From NCBI GenBank assembly GCA_904063045.1, contig CAJFCJ010000001.1, positions 1,488,001 through 1,552,000 of the forward strand: a stretch of 64,000 nucleotides of DNA, given 5' to 3'. The translations under genes were made by a program, and so were the position numbers. The notes under the pieces were generated by a model. The model saw nothing but the letters and a program-made list of their open reading frames with translations, did not search any database and was not told the origin of the DNA. Shown here piece after piece: positions 23,601 through 36,682 of the stretch (position 1 is its first letter; the number at the start of each line of letters is the position of its first letter). The DNA comes from Dimorphilus gyrociliatus (lineage: Eukaryota; Animalia; Annelida).

Positions 23601-26600
23601 TAAAAACTATCAAATTTTGTAAATTTTTTAGCTATTTTAGCGAAACACGTGAAGCTTGAATCAAAAGAAAAGAAAGAAAAAGAAAATTTCCTGCCTAAGC
23701 CTGTTTATAATCTTTTGTTCAACGATTTTATTTATCCATACTAGGCGTTTATTGTTGTTAAGTTACGCACGAATAGCATTGTTGAAAAAGAAACGCAATA
23801 AATTCTTCGATCTAATAAATCTAGTTGAATAGAAAAAATAGTATGAAAAAAGTCACTCACCAGACAACAATCTTTAAAGCGTCGAGCGTCGAGGGTAGTC
23901 GTAAAATTTAAACCCCATTCGTATTCGTGTCGAGCGTCTCTCCAATGTACAAAACATTCGCTGGCCTGCGTTATTCTCGTGCCTATAAATTTAAAAACTT
24001 GTCAGAACAAGTCTGTATTTTTCAAGTTTTTTGTTACTAACGCCATCTAACGCCTACTGCAACAAAGTGAAAGAAAGAAAGAAATACTATATATTCCCAG
24101 GAGAGCTATTCCTGGCTTCGAGCTAATTTAAAGTCTTTTAAACGCCTAACACATACATCCTTGTAATTCTATCTCTTTTATCGTAGTAGCAATCTTGTAG
24201 TTGATTAAACTAGTATGACACATAAAGGAATTGACAAAAATTTCTCTCAAGAACACTTGAGAGAAACGGTGAGAGAAAACGAGAGAAAAATTCAATAATT
24301 TACTTATCATTCAATAGATGTACAATTCAATTATAGGTGAAATTTATATAAATATGTAAATAATAAATACAGTCTAATTTTCAAGGAGAGCTTATAGAAA
24401 TGTTAATTTTCTTTCTTTTGAATGACAAACCAGAATGGTTTGCCTTCGGTAATATAGGATTTTTTTTTGGCCGCTATAACAAGCTTTCGGATACGACAGC
24501 GACGCCTGAAGATTAACTATAAAATATGCCTTGAGGGTAAGATTCACAGCCTAAAGTAGTTTGCCAATAAAAAAAAGGAAAAAAAAACACTATGAAAGCA
24601 TCTTTCAAAATCTGCACAAAAAGAGAAAAGATAGCGATCTCCATGTTAAAATAATGACATCACACTCTAGGTTTCTTTCATTTTCTATTCCTATTCTGAC
24701 TAAATAGAGATTTCGTTCGCTTTTTATAAACAATTTGTCTTTCCCGTACTCTTAGACTCCCCAAACGGTTTCTCTCTTCTACACGGATATAGATAATTTA
24801 ACAATGAACTCTGAACTTGCTGTTTAATCTAATGACTGATAAATTATTCATTTCTAGCTGTAGTAGGCTCTTAACAGTACCAATGTATCTCTATCGATTA
24901 GGCAGAGTTGCATCAAATACGCTTTAACAGTTGTCTCATTTAAGGAAATAATACGACATGTAAAAGACTAAGCGTACTTAGTGAGATAATAAGAAGATAT
25001 TTTTCATCTTCTTCACCTGCTACAGTAATTAATAAGCGATTTCCAACAGTTAGAATTTACGGTCTATGTACAATGTAAATATTGTCATGTATTCGTTTAC
25101 GTATATATGTTTAATGTAAATATAATACTGTACATTGTGCATATATGAACTATAAATACATATAGTATATATTTGTATAAATATTATATTATTATACTGT
25201 TAATATATACTTTTTCTTCATTGGTGAATTACTCTACAGAGAAGAGAAATGTATAACAGAGAGATTCAATCTTGCATGTATATTAGTTCTTGGCAACGAT
25301 AAAAAGGAATTTTTCTTTCTTAAGTATTAATCTTAGTTGTTGGTGAATACTGCTACTGATTTAAAGAAGGAATCATCTCTTAAGATAAACATATACAAGA
25401 GCTTTGTAAGCATATAGAAAACGGAGGCTGATGGAGATATGGGAGGGGGGAGATGAGAGGAAAAGGATTCTTTTTTTTTCTTCTTTTTCTCAAAGTAAAA
25501 CCATCCCACAATTGATAAAACATTTATAAGCACTTTTTTTTATCATTCCCCTACACCGGAAATAATTAAGGGTTGCTTTCCCATCCTTAACCTCTCAATA
25601 CTCATAAAACTATTATTCTAAACGTTTCAACCCTAAACAAAAACGAACAAACAGTCCAAAATCAAAGAGAAAAAAAATATGCTGAAACGAAACAAGAGGA
25701 GAGGGAAAGAGAATGAAAAGTGGGAGGCAGGGAAAAGGGAAAGAGGAAAGAATGCTTATCAAGAGATTGGCGGTCAATTATATAAAAGTTTTTATCGATA
25801 TTTTTTATTTATAGGCAATAGGCCTAAATTGGCGTCAAAAAATACAAGTTCTTTTTTTTTTTTTGTTAACAAAAGTGCCTTTAGCTATCTAGGGAAACTA
25901 CTATTTTTAGCATAATCCAATCCTACTCAGTCATTTTAACACATCCTATATCCTCTTATCGCAGTGTTTCTTTTATGAGCCACCTATATCTATACACCTT
26001 GTATATACATAAAGATATTCTATGAATATACAATAACATACCTATATATATATATATATATATATATGGTATGCACAGAATATTTGCACTGTCTATAATA
26101 TAAAAAAAACCTATATATATATATATATATATAGTCTATGTATGAAAATAAAAAAGGGCCTCTCTTTCGTAATTGTTAAATATACTCAATTGATATAATT
26201 TGAAGTGAATGACATTTAATATATATACAATTTTTCAAGAAACAAATTAACTGAGCCTACTTGATATCTTTAGCTGCCGAGATAGAGATGTAAAAAATCA
26301 ATTATTTAGCAGTCAACGCACGGTCCCCGTGGACGACTTTTGCGTTGCTCTGATATTGAAAAATACACTAGGCTTAATGGTTTTCTTTTTTTTTTAAATG
26401 AAATAAAAAACCTTAACTTCCTTTAAATATTACACGTTAATTGAAATCAATAAAGAATTTAAATGGAGATATAAAGGTAAAGAGACGAAGATAAATACTC
26501 TAGATGTAACTGTATATAAATATAAGAGGAGGGAAAGACAGAGAGAAAGAGAAAAGGAATATGAATTGTAGTATATATTCATAAAGTCATAAAAAGAAAG

Positions 26601-27377
26601 CCCTAATAAGAAATGGAATATGAAGGAGAAAAGTGAATAATTGTACCCAATTTCCTCGTGACATTCGGTTTAGATGACCAAATGTCAACTAGAAGACCAC
26701 AATAGTTTGGAGGGTCTCTTTAAAAAGCTTAAAGAAATCTAATAAGCGAAAAAGCTAAGTAAAAATAAAACAACTGGTCCTTAAATTGGAAAAAAAGTGA
26801 AGATTAACTCAATTTTACTTCTGCTAGTATTAAAGCTACTATGCAGTTTTTTTTATGTACGTTTGTTATTTCAGCTGGTGAACGAGAAGAAAAGATTACG
26901 CGCCAGTTTTTCGTTTTAAGTTGTGACTTCTGCACTAAGAGAATCGGATTTCTAAATGATTTACGTAGAGGTTTGTAACCGATTGTTCCCAAATTTTTGA
27001 CCTATATATATATACACATGTATATACTGTATATTGTATTAGATGAGTTTGAACAAAATTAACCCAGAGGTTGTATATATAGTAAAAGTTGTATATACAA
27101 TTAAAAAAAAGTTATTCTACGCATGCGTATAATTGAAATTGTTATATATATATATACAGTATACATCTTGTATATGCCTTAATATCACAGTCTAATGATG
27201 AAGGATGATGATATAAATTATGGAAATGCTTGAGTACAAACTTCATATTGACATCTTTTAAAAGAATATATTTTTCCCCTATTTTGCGAATAATGGTAGC
27301 AAGTTGCTAAATAATTAATAATTTAAGGGTTAATTTACAATTATATTAGTATATTGTAGGTTTATTGGCTATTCTTC

Positions 27378-27409
<32 letters not shown>

Positions 27410-28300
27410 ATCAACCCTTCTCTCCCCTCCTCTCTCGCCGTCTATCTATATTTCTGCCATCCCTCCTTTCTTCTTATAAATTATTGGAAAATTCTTTTCC
27501 TTTTATTTTTTATTATGAAATTGATATTTTTACTTAAAATGTTATCTATCCAACATTTTCTTTTTTCCCTTTTGTTCTTATAGGCCTTAATGTTTTTTTT
27601 ATGTTTTCATATCATTTCGACCTTATCCTAGGATAAAAATCTTCGCACCATCTTGTCTAGGGAAAGAGTAATAGGACTCCATACACATTATATATCTATA
27701 TCCTTCTAATTACAATTAATACAGCAATTTCCGCATATATACGGAGTGTCTCTAGAACGGATTAAGAGGATGAGAGGCTCAAGGTACTTTAAATAGGCCT
27801 ATGCAAAATACGGTAGTTGAAAAATTCTTTTTATCATTGATGTATCAGTGCTGTTAGTAGCTCTCAGCGTTAAATTTATACTTAGCCAGTAAATTGTTTA
27901 TAATACTTGTATTATAACCTTTAGCAATTTTCTTTTATAAGGTAAGAAAACAGAAGAAAATAGTATGATGGTGAACATGAGCAAACAATCTGAGGCAGAT
28001 ATTTGCTAGAATGTATTTTTTTATGCGCATGCGTAGGTACACTTAGCTTATAGGTAGAGAGTATACACGAAAAGGCGGTTACTTTGTTAAATACTATCTC
28101 CATAAATATTAAATATCTTTTCAGATATCTTTCTTATTTAAATACGATTGACAAACCGACAAAGTAGGTCATATCGAATTAATATAATAATTAATATTAT
28201 TAATATTCACTTTTTTCATTGTTTGTGAAATGAAAAGGTAATTTAAATGTAATAAATTCATTACATTGTTATATACTATATAGAGTATATATATATATAT

Positions 28301-28346
<46 letters not shown>

Positions 28347-28641
28347 ATATTCAATATATAACCCTACCTAAATAAAAATTCCAGCAGCTGCTAGGTGTAC
28401 TATATCAATCGCCGAATTGACGAGATGTGATAACTCATACAGAAAAATTTTTGTCCATTTTTTATTAAGATAATCCTATAATTCCTTGCAGTTGGCAAAT
28501 ACGAAATACCTGCAATATTTTTCACCTTTTTTTCTTTATTTACCAAAATAAACCTTTCTAAGATACTTTTAGTTGAAATGTGGAAAATTAAAAGCATATT
28601 TTCTCTAATCGATACTCTATACTATTAAACTTTGCGCATGC

Positions 28642-28686
<45 letters not shown>

Positions 28687-29517
28687 CCTCCCTCTTTCTT
28701 TCTTTCTTTCCTTTTCTTACCCATAATAAAATACACGAAAACGTAGAAAGTATTTAGAATTTAACTTACCCGGCTGAAAGAGCCGAACGTCGAAAATTTT
28801 CTCAACGTGCCTATTATAGGCCGTTATTTGGAAGACTGTTTCGGGTGAATCCTGAATGCATGTAATGTTGACTGGTACAACGTCGTCCGAAACCCTTTCC
28901 CACGCTAAATCTCCTTCCGCATCCGTTCGAACGACAAAAATTTCCGCCCATAATCTGGGACGATCAAAATAAGGATTTAAAGGGCGTAAAAAAGAAATCC
29001 GGATGCATTGAGGGAAAAATTTTTCAAGTACAGATAGAGGTATTTAAATCGTTCAATTAATTACTTAGAAGGAAAAAGGTGACTAATGATTTCCTTTGAT
29101 TATTCAGATTAGTTGGGGGATGAATATTTAGAATCAGTGATACCTTAGCAGATGAGAATCTTTCTTCGGCGCCCAAGGACGATTGTCCCTGTACGGCTTC
29201 TTCCACGGTGCACAAAAATTGTTTCCCACTGCAATAAAATTAATAAAGTATTCGCTGTCAAATTATACGGATGATTAACGACGTTGTTTATAGAGAACAC
29301 CTGTTCAATTTTCAATACGTTATATTGCGAAATGTCAGAAAGAGGATAAAGAGGATGGCTAGGAAAGGGATGGTTTTGAAAGAGCTCTTCGAAATACCCG
29401 TCAAAATTTGCTCATAGAGAAAGAAACAATAAGAATAAAAACGGGTGCTAGTCGAAAATTATTACCCTGCAAAAGGGTAGAAAGGGGAGAAATATTTACT
29501 GTAGGGAGGAACTTACT
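17695..29517 (-). CDS. TIAM1: TIAM1/2 / Still life (Sif)-type Rac GEF: WH1/EVH1, PH-CC-Ex, RBD, PDZ, DH, PH
   Basis: Exons 29228-29144, 28954-28770 and 23982-23861 encode (M)GNNFCAPW..LLRLWAEIF..VSDDVVPVNITCIQDSPE..DVRLFQPGTRITQASECFVHW..WGLNF, the Sif-type N-terminus. Also RKASSS; PH (RKAGWL..WKKYWVCLKG); PDZ; DH (LRKVVKELISTERLYV..FKLYSSFCASH..LIKPIQRILKYPLLL). Confidence 0.9.
19251..19265 (-). CDS. Candidate 15-nt in-frame microexon (EEQLK) in the TIAM DH domain
   Basis: Long pyrimidine tract then cacAG|gaagagcaattgaag|GTGAGT, inside a phase-0 intron. Confidence 0.6.
28644..28717. repeat. (TC)n and polypyrimidine/polypurine tract in a TIAM intron
   Basis: About 18 TC units followed by TCCC and CTTT runs. 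Confidence 0.9.
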
Positions 29518-31064
29518 TGCCGGAGGTTATTCATAATATGAAGTGCATATAGGAATTTATCCAGAACGCAGAACGGACGGGATGCTAGCAAAAATCAATG
29601 TGATGTACTGCACCGCGTTTTTCTCTTTTCGAGTACGCGCTCAACACTACTGCAACGAAATCAAAATGGCGGGCAACCGCAAATTTTTCTCCACATGTAG
29701 AGTCCTGTTATAAATTGCTGATCGATTCCGTCAGCTGTAGCTCTTAGTATAGATTTTTTTATTGAAACAATGTAGAAAAGCACTAATCTATATATAATTA
29801 CAATTGCAGTAAATTTTAAAAAGTAAGGGACTTTAAAGCAGACGCGCCATCTATTTGCAAAGTGTAAGTAATTTCCAATTGCATTGATTCCGAGAACGCT
29901 CGAAAGTAAATAGAATTTCTCATGCCTATTATCATTCCGTAGCCTAAAGATTATTAAAAATCATATAGAGAGTCAAAATTGAGTGAAAAAAACAAGGGGC
30001 CAAGAAATGAGAAAAGACTAAAAAGGAAGGAGAACATTATCTCAAACATTAGCTATTTGCATTGTAGAAAAAAGATCTCTACCTCAAAACCCACCCAATG
30101 TACACGTACATACAATTTACTTGCAACTTCAAATAAATGATCAAAGTAAAGGAAACTATTATACCGTCTGTACATTATTTCGTTTTGGTCCTTTCCTTCT
30201 TTCTTCATCATCTCCCTTTACCATTTATCCTAATATTGTATTTATATACTTTCTATTTATCTATATAATTTAACTGGAAGAAACTATATTTTAGTAATAT
30301 TTTCTTTTAATTTATTCTAGTTAATAACTATTTCCCTCGACAGAAATTACTTGTCTAATTAATAGCTATTGCATTAATTTGATAGGGCTATTTAAAGAAT
30401 CCTATGCATTCTTTCTCAACAAGATTTTCCACATTAATAACTAACAAAGAAGAGTATTAATCATCCTTTTTTCATGAATATTATTAACTCTGTAGCGTGT
30501 ATATGTATACAGTATATATTTTAGTATATATAGTATATCACTGAGCCTTGAAAAATTTGCAGTCTAGAGCCTTGTCTAATGAAACTAATTACTCCTTAAC
30601 AGTTCGCTAGTTTAAAATTAGATTTGCTTTTAGTAGTAAGAAAAATCTACAACTTTTTTCCTTTCTTTACCTATTTTTCTCATTTAAATAATCAAATATT
30701 GTAAACAAAACGCAATTCATGTTAAGGTATGTAAAGAATAAATATATAAATAAAACGTCTACTTAGACGCGAGTGTAGATGAGGGATTTAAATGTTAATC
30801 TAATCTCTTTTTTCCCCAGTCTTCATCCTTTCTTAGTTCTCTTTCTCTCTATTCCTTCCTCTTCTTCACTGTAAAGAAACGTCTATAATCGATTATTTTT
30901 TCTTCCCTCTTTATTCTTTTAATATAATAACATATACAAAAAAAAATCGAACAAAATGAACATTTTCGTGACGACAAAGTGCTTTTTATTTGTATTCAAA
31001 AAGTAAAGGATTATTGTACTTTCTATCACAACAAATTGAGTTAAATTCTTGCGCCATCTGGCGA

Positions 31065-32045
31065 TTAATCAGCGCATGAAGTCTCCTCTGTTATTACTGG
31101 AGCTATTCTACTTTTAAACAATCGTTTTAGAGAAAGCTTAAATTCTTCGTAGCGAACCATATACACAACTGGATTAATGCAACAATTGAGAAAAACCATT
31201 AAAACTGTGAAATGATAGAAAGAAGAATCCAGACTTAGAGGATAACCTAAATTAAAGATGAAAAAGTAAACTTCATTCCAACTCCAACATAAAACGAAAG
31301 CTACCGCAACAATCATAAATGTCTTAATTGTGTTTTTTCTCACTCTTTCATTTTTCTCCGCCTTGGTTTGAATGGTTGTCCCATTCCTATTGCCATTAGC
31401 CGATACTTTAGTTCTGAAGATATTCCATATCGATATATAAGAGAATGATAAGACGATTAAAGGGAAAAAAAACTGTAAAACCAATGTGAAAATTCCAATA
31501 GCCTGCCTTACTTGGTCATTTGGCCAATTAGCAAACGATCCGCAATGGCCTGAAGGGAATACTTTATTAACCGCCCCGTGATATATAGTCTCATATCCCC
31601 ATCCAAGTATCCATACAGTAATTGCCGCCGTTAGAATAACTCTTTTACCAACGTATCTCTTATGCGTTATTGGATGTCTTACGGAGGCATATCTCTCCAA
31701 AGATAGTACTACTAAGTTATAAGTTGAAGAAGTCATTAGACCCCATAGGGCAATCTCACCGAACCAAAGATGGCAGAATAGCCATTTAGCTACGTCATTC
31801 TTAAGAGCCCTACTCTCGTCAACCTCTTCTTCCACCCATTTCGCTACTATCAAAACGACAGCTGAAACTAAATCCAATAAGCTCTGATTGATGATGAATA
31901 GTGAAGAATTGTACTTTCTAAGATTTCTCGACTTTCGAAACACGAACAATACCAAGGAATTACCGAGAACTCCTAGCAAGCCAATAGTTGTATAAGATGC
32001 CATTAGAAAACCTCTGTTAGACGAGGGTGTTATGGTATTATTCAT
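31065..32045 (-). CDS. Class A (rhodopsin-like) GPCR, single coding exon, peptide-receptor-like orphan
   Basis: Seven hydrophobic segments; GN in TM1, NQSLLDL in TM2, ERY after TM3, FVLCW in TM6, NCCINPVVY in TM7. Confidence 0.92.
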   Translation of the reverse strand: MNNTITPSSNRGFLMASYTTIGLLGVLGNSLVLFVFRKSRNLRKYNSSLFIINQSLLDLVSAVVLIVAKWVEEEVDESRALKNDVAKWLFCHLWFGEIALWGLMTSSTYNLVVLSLERYASVRHPITHKRYVGKRVILTAAITVWILGWGYETIYHGAVNKVFPSGHCGSFANWPNDQVRQAIGIFTLVLQFFFPLIVLSFSYISIWNIFRTKVSANGNRNGTTIQTKAEKNERVRKNTIKTFMIVAVAFVLCWSWNEVYFFIFNLGYPLSLDSSFYHFTVLMVFLNCCINPVVYMVRYEEFKLSLKRLFKSRIAPVITEETSCAD

Positions 32046-34266
32046 GGTTAGACACCGTACTAAGCTCTAAGAACAGAAGAAAATTCTGTTGGCTTTTATT
32101 GACGATCTTATGTTAGCGTCATCAGATAACCAGAAAGGGAAACATTCAGCCAGATATGGTCGATAGATCGAATCTTATTAGTTGATATTTCTGATGTTTA
32201 ACTTTGAAGATGCGATTTTTTACTTATTGGACAAGTAATTATATTAATATAATTATATCTTTTTGATCATTTTACGGAAATTAACTCTATGTACGATACA
32301 TATTCTAACCTATCCTCTCAACCGCCAAATAAATATGACTCTATCGTAATTCATTTGTCTTTATAGCATTAGAAAAATAGTTAATGAATTGTTACATAAA
32401 ACATGTCTAATTGCTTATAATAATCCATCAATGTCAAAAAACTGTCGTAATGAATTGTGGTACAAACGTTGCGAGAGTCGAAAAATGAAAATAGTCTTCA
32501 AATGTGAGACTTCTTTAGACGGAGAACAGTAGCAAGTGATGTGTTCTTTCTCCTTCACCGTTTATTTCTTGTTTCTCTCTTAGAAGAGTGAATTAAAAAC
32601 ACTGTCTTATATAGAATTCTCCATAAATTATTTTCTTATATAATATATTGCTAGTTCGAAGTAATGCACTCAGTTGCTTTACATTTAATTCTTCTGCTGC
32701 TATTAAACTAGAGATTTAAGGCCGTTTTGTTTTAAATTAATTTTTTCAGTCTAAAACCAGGATAAATGTATAAGATAATTCGCCTTCATTATTTGATATA
32801 CATCATATGACAATGAAAAGGTAAGCGAAACATACATAATAAAAAGATAAAATTAGATTTATTACAGTCTTGCCCAAACCATTTTATACCGAAGACGCCC
32901 TTTTAAATAGATTATTATCTTATTGTTTATCCTATAGTCGCGAGGCCTTTGGAGAAAAGTTCAGCTGCTTTGCTAGAGGCTCAGTCTATCCCTTTAAATT
33001 AAAGTATCACATTTTCAAATATAAGAAAAGGTATCAGATAGCTAATATAGCGTATTCCTTATATTGGAGTATATACATACATCATCTATTTTTCAGGTAA
33101 AAAAAAAGCAATATACATATTAAAAAAGAATACGAACAGAATTTTCTTGTAAATAATTCATTTATTTATCAGACTAGAAAACAAAACAAAATATATCTCT
33201 CTAGATATTCTTGTTTCGTTTGATTAGTCTTTTTAAATACTATTTACATTTATGCTTTTTTATCAATAAATGAGAAAATTGCTTCTATTTTAACAATAAA
33301 ATGTAAAATCTGATATAAAAATAATATAAAAAGACAATAAAGCGTATGTTATATAAAAATCACTTGTGAAAATGTTTTCTTTGTCTCATTAAAAACATTA
33401 AAACCATTTATGGATTGTATCCCTGTAAAATATACTTTTTGCGCAGAATAAGGATTATTATAACATTCCTAATCGTTTTTGAGTTGCATTCAAAAATTTA
33501 GTTACGGATTAATTCTATCTTTTAAAATACAAATAGAACATATCTTCTATACATATATTTTTCTTTTGGATGGAAGAAGAAATCGTTAGGATTATTGAAT
33601 ATTCTTTTATTTTGTCTGCAATATTTTACCAATAATCTTTACTCCGAGATTTTTTAAAAAACAGTTCAAAGTAATGCGTAAACTTTAAAAAAATCTTGAA
33701 ATTAATTGATTTGACATGTATTCACTTTTGAAGTGATTAAAATAAAAAACATCAAGACGATATTCCTCAGATTTAATGGAACATTCTATTTCTCGATTGT
33801 AGTAAAAACAAATACTGTTTTTAGGTTAAAATTTTGTTTTTTAAAAAAATATACAAGATATGTAAATAGGTTAAGAAAAACTTTCCCGTTGACTTTTACA
33901 TTTTATATTTACAAAGTATTGTATTAATTTATATTAAATATTTATACTTCCCGGGAATATATAGGATCTAAGCGGATCTTAATAATTATTTTCGTATAAA
34001 TTTTTTTTCTAATTTATAACTTTTATTAAGACTATCTCTTGCCATTCGAAATATAAAATATATATTTACGATAAAAATTCTTAAAATAATTTAAGAAACA
34101 TAGTACGAGAATGTTAGTGTCAAGGTCAGGGTGAAAAAATATCTTCTAGTCGTATAAAATTAATTCGCCTTGTTCGGCCTTAATTTCTGTTCGGATTTGT
34201 TAGTAAAACACAACTTTCATTAGAATATCGTAATTTTATCGAGTATCAAGGAATAATGCATTCCAA

Positions 34267-35981
34267 ATGAACATCGGGTTTCGTCAGAAGTTGCTCCACA
34301 AACTTCTCATTTTCTCTCAGACAAGATCAATTGGAGATGCTAACACAAATGTCTTTCCAAGACAATTGTTTTTGCATGACCGTGGATACGTTCCTACTTT
34401 GGGACCTCCCGAAATCACAAAAATTTTACGTCTACACGAATCGTCCTTGACTTCGAACAAGCGTGGTAGCTCCCCTATAAAGGGATATGATAGCAATCAG
34501 CTAAATGCCAATAACCCTATGGAAGATAGACGGATGCAGGCAAGGTTATTGAACACAGATGGTGTCTTATTTGGAGTTTTAGATGGTCACGCGGGGCCTT
34601 CGTGCGCTGAATCTGTATCTCAAAGGTTGCTCGATTACATAGCACTTGCATTATTACCATCTAGTAAATTGGAAGATTTTATAAAGAGACCCTTCACTCT
34701 GATAAAAGAGCATAAAATGAAATGTGTTCAAGACTGTATAGACGACGTAAGTAAATTTCAAATAATCTCCTAATGGTAAATGATTTAAAGCGAGAGATAA
34801 GCAATCGAGTCAGTCTGGATCTATCAGATTCATCTTGAAAGATCTTTTTAGTTCTCTTTAAAAGTTTCTATATATGTAAATACATATTAACTTATAGCTT
34901 GTTATTGGTCAAACTAATTCTGTTCTCAATGTCTTTTCACAGATCTCATCAAGTCACAGAGCCAATCTTCAAAAGTTTGCAAGTGAAACACTTTCTGCTT
35001 CAGATTGGGACGATGAGGACGAAGATCCTGTTGCTAAGGCCCTAATATCGGCTTATATACGTTTAGATGCTAATATAGGACATGATGGCTTACCAAAGGA
35101 TGGGAAATTAGATGGAGAATCTCTCGCTATAGCAATGAGTGGAAGTTGTGGTTGTGTAGCTCATATTTCAGATTTGGACGTTCACGTTGCTAATGTGGGC
35201 GATACTAGAGGTGTTTTAGGATCTCTAGCCGCCGATGGCAATTGGACAGCCAAAATTCTTACGAAGGTTAGTTATCTTTTATTGCAAGCAAAAAACAGGA
35301 GGTTTTACATTTGTAAATCAGGAACATAATTACGACAATAAATCGGAAGTCGATAGGATACTTTCTGCGCATCCTAAATCTGAAGAAAAGTTCGTTCTTC
35401 GAGACAGAAGGCTTCTCGGCCAGCTAGTTCCACTAAGATCATTTGGTGATATGAGATATAAGTGGCAATCAAATAGACTTCAAGAAGTAGTTAATCTTAT
35501 TAATTCACCAGCCGCCAGCCGCTTGATTCCCCCCTATTATCATACCCCTCCATATCTCATATGTACTCCCGAAGTTGGAAATCACCGTCTTACAGTTCGT
35601 GATCGTTTTTTGGTGCTAGCTTCTGATGGCCTTTGGGATATGCTTTCAGCAGATAAAGTCGTTCAAATTGTTGGCAATTTCTTGATGGGAAAGGAAACAA
35701 ATACAAATTTTGAATTGCCTGCAGACGACAGAAGTCTTCTTAAAATAGTTACCCTTTTAAAAGACAGAAGAGCAAGAATAAAACACCGGACGGAGGATGA
35801 GAATGCATCAACGCATTTGATAAGACATGCATTAGGATACGATCACAAACTCGTGTCAGAAATGTTAGCTCTTCCAGAAGATGTTGCTAGACTTCACCGG
35901 GATGACATTACGGTGACAGTGATTTTCTTTGATTCTGATTATATAGCGCGAAAAGCTGCTGCCGAAGTGAAAAATGCTTGA
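34267..35981 (+). CDS. PDP1: Pyruvate dehydrogenase phosphatase catalytic subunit (PP2C), mitochondrial; 3 exons
   Basis: YDSNQLNANNPMEDRR, FGVLDGHAG, HVANVGDTRGVLG, LGQLVPLRSFGD, YHTPPYL, FLVLASDGLWD, NASTHLIRHALG, RDDITV. Introns 34747-34942 and ~35265-35320. Confidence 0.93.
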
Positions 35982-36682
35982 CTTGATATCTTAAAATGTG
36001 ATCGATTGATAAAATCGATTTTTTCACTACTCAAAAATAAGATTACATAATAAGTTATCTTATCAGTATTATGCATTGAGAAAAATAAGTATATTTCTTA
36101 TATACAGCTATAAATTGTTCGGATATCTGGTTTTCTGACTATCAGAAAAGAAAATGAATGGAGATACACTTATCAGTCTATTGTTGTAACGGCCTTGAAT
36201 AATTTCCTATGAATTTCGCTAATCTCAACGAATTAAGTAAAAGTTGTTTTTCATTCATTAATTCGTTGAGAGGTTTGCTCGAAGCAGCATAGAATATGCT
36301 GTTCTACCCTCTTCGTTTAAATTAATCAACTCTAAATAACAAAAAAACTTATTATTTTCCGAAAAGTATACTAATTTGAAAGCCTGTGAAAAGCAAGAGA
36401 TCTGTTGAAATATCTATCCTATTTTCCATTTTTAATCATTCCTATTGAAATATTATTTGAATGAAAAATATACATATACTTTCTTAATGAATTTCTGATA
36501 GTAAATATACAATTTACAAGTAGATTTATATATACTGTATATTGCTGATGCAAATCTATTAGCTTATACAAAAGCAATTGGAAAATCAGTTTCTGTTGAC
36601 ACATGTTTTCTTTGGAAAGGTTGCAAGTATATATATTAGTATATAGATTTATCCAGTAAAGCAGTCTAATTTTGCAGTTATT

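Noticed and set aside
25333-28597. Short ORFs inside the large TIAM intron
   Set aside because: They derive from low-complexity TA, TC and A-rich sequence, with no coherent splice model.
32870-33927. Possible fast-evolving gene between the GPCR and PDP
   Set aside because: Several open stretches and splice-like sites, but every model I tried hit stops or lacked a plausible start.
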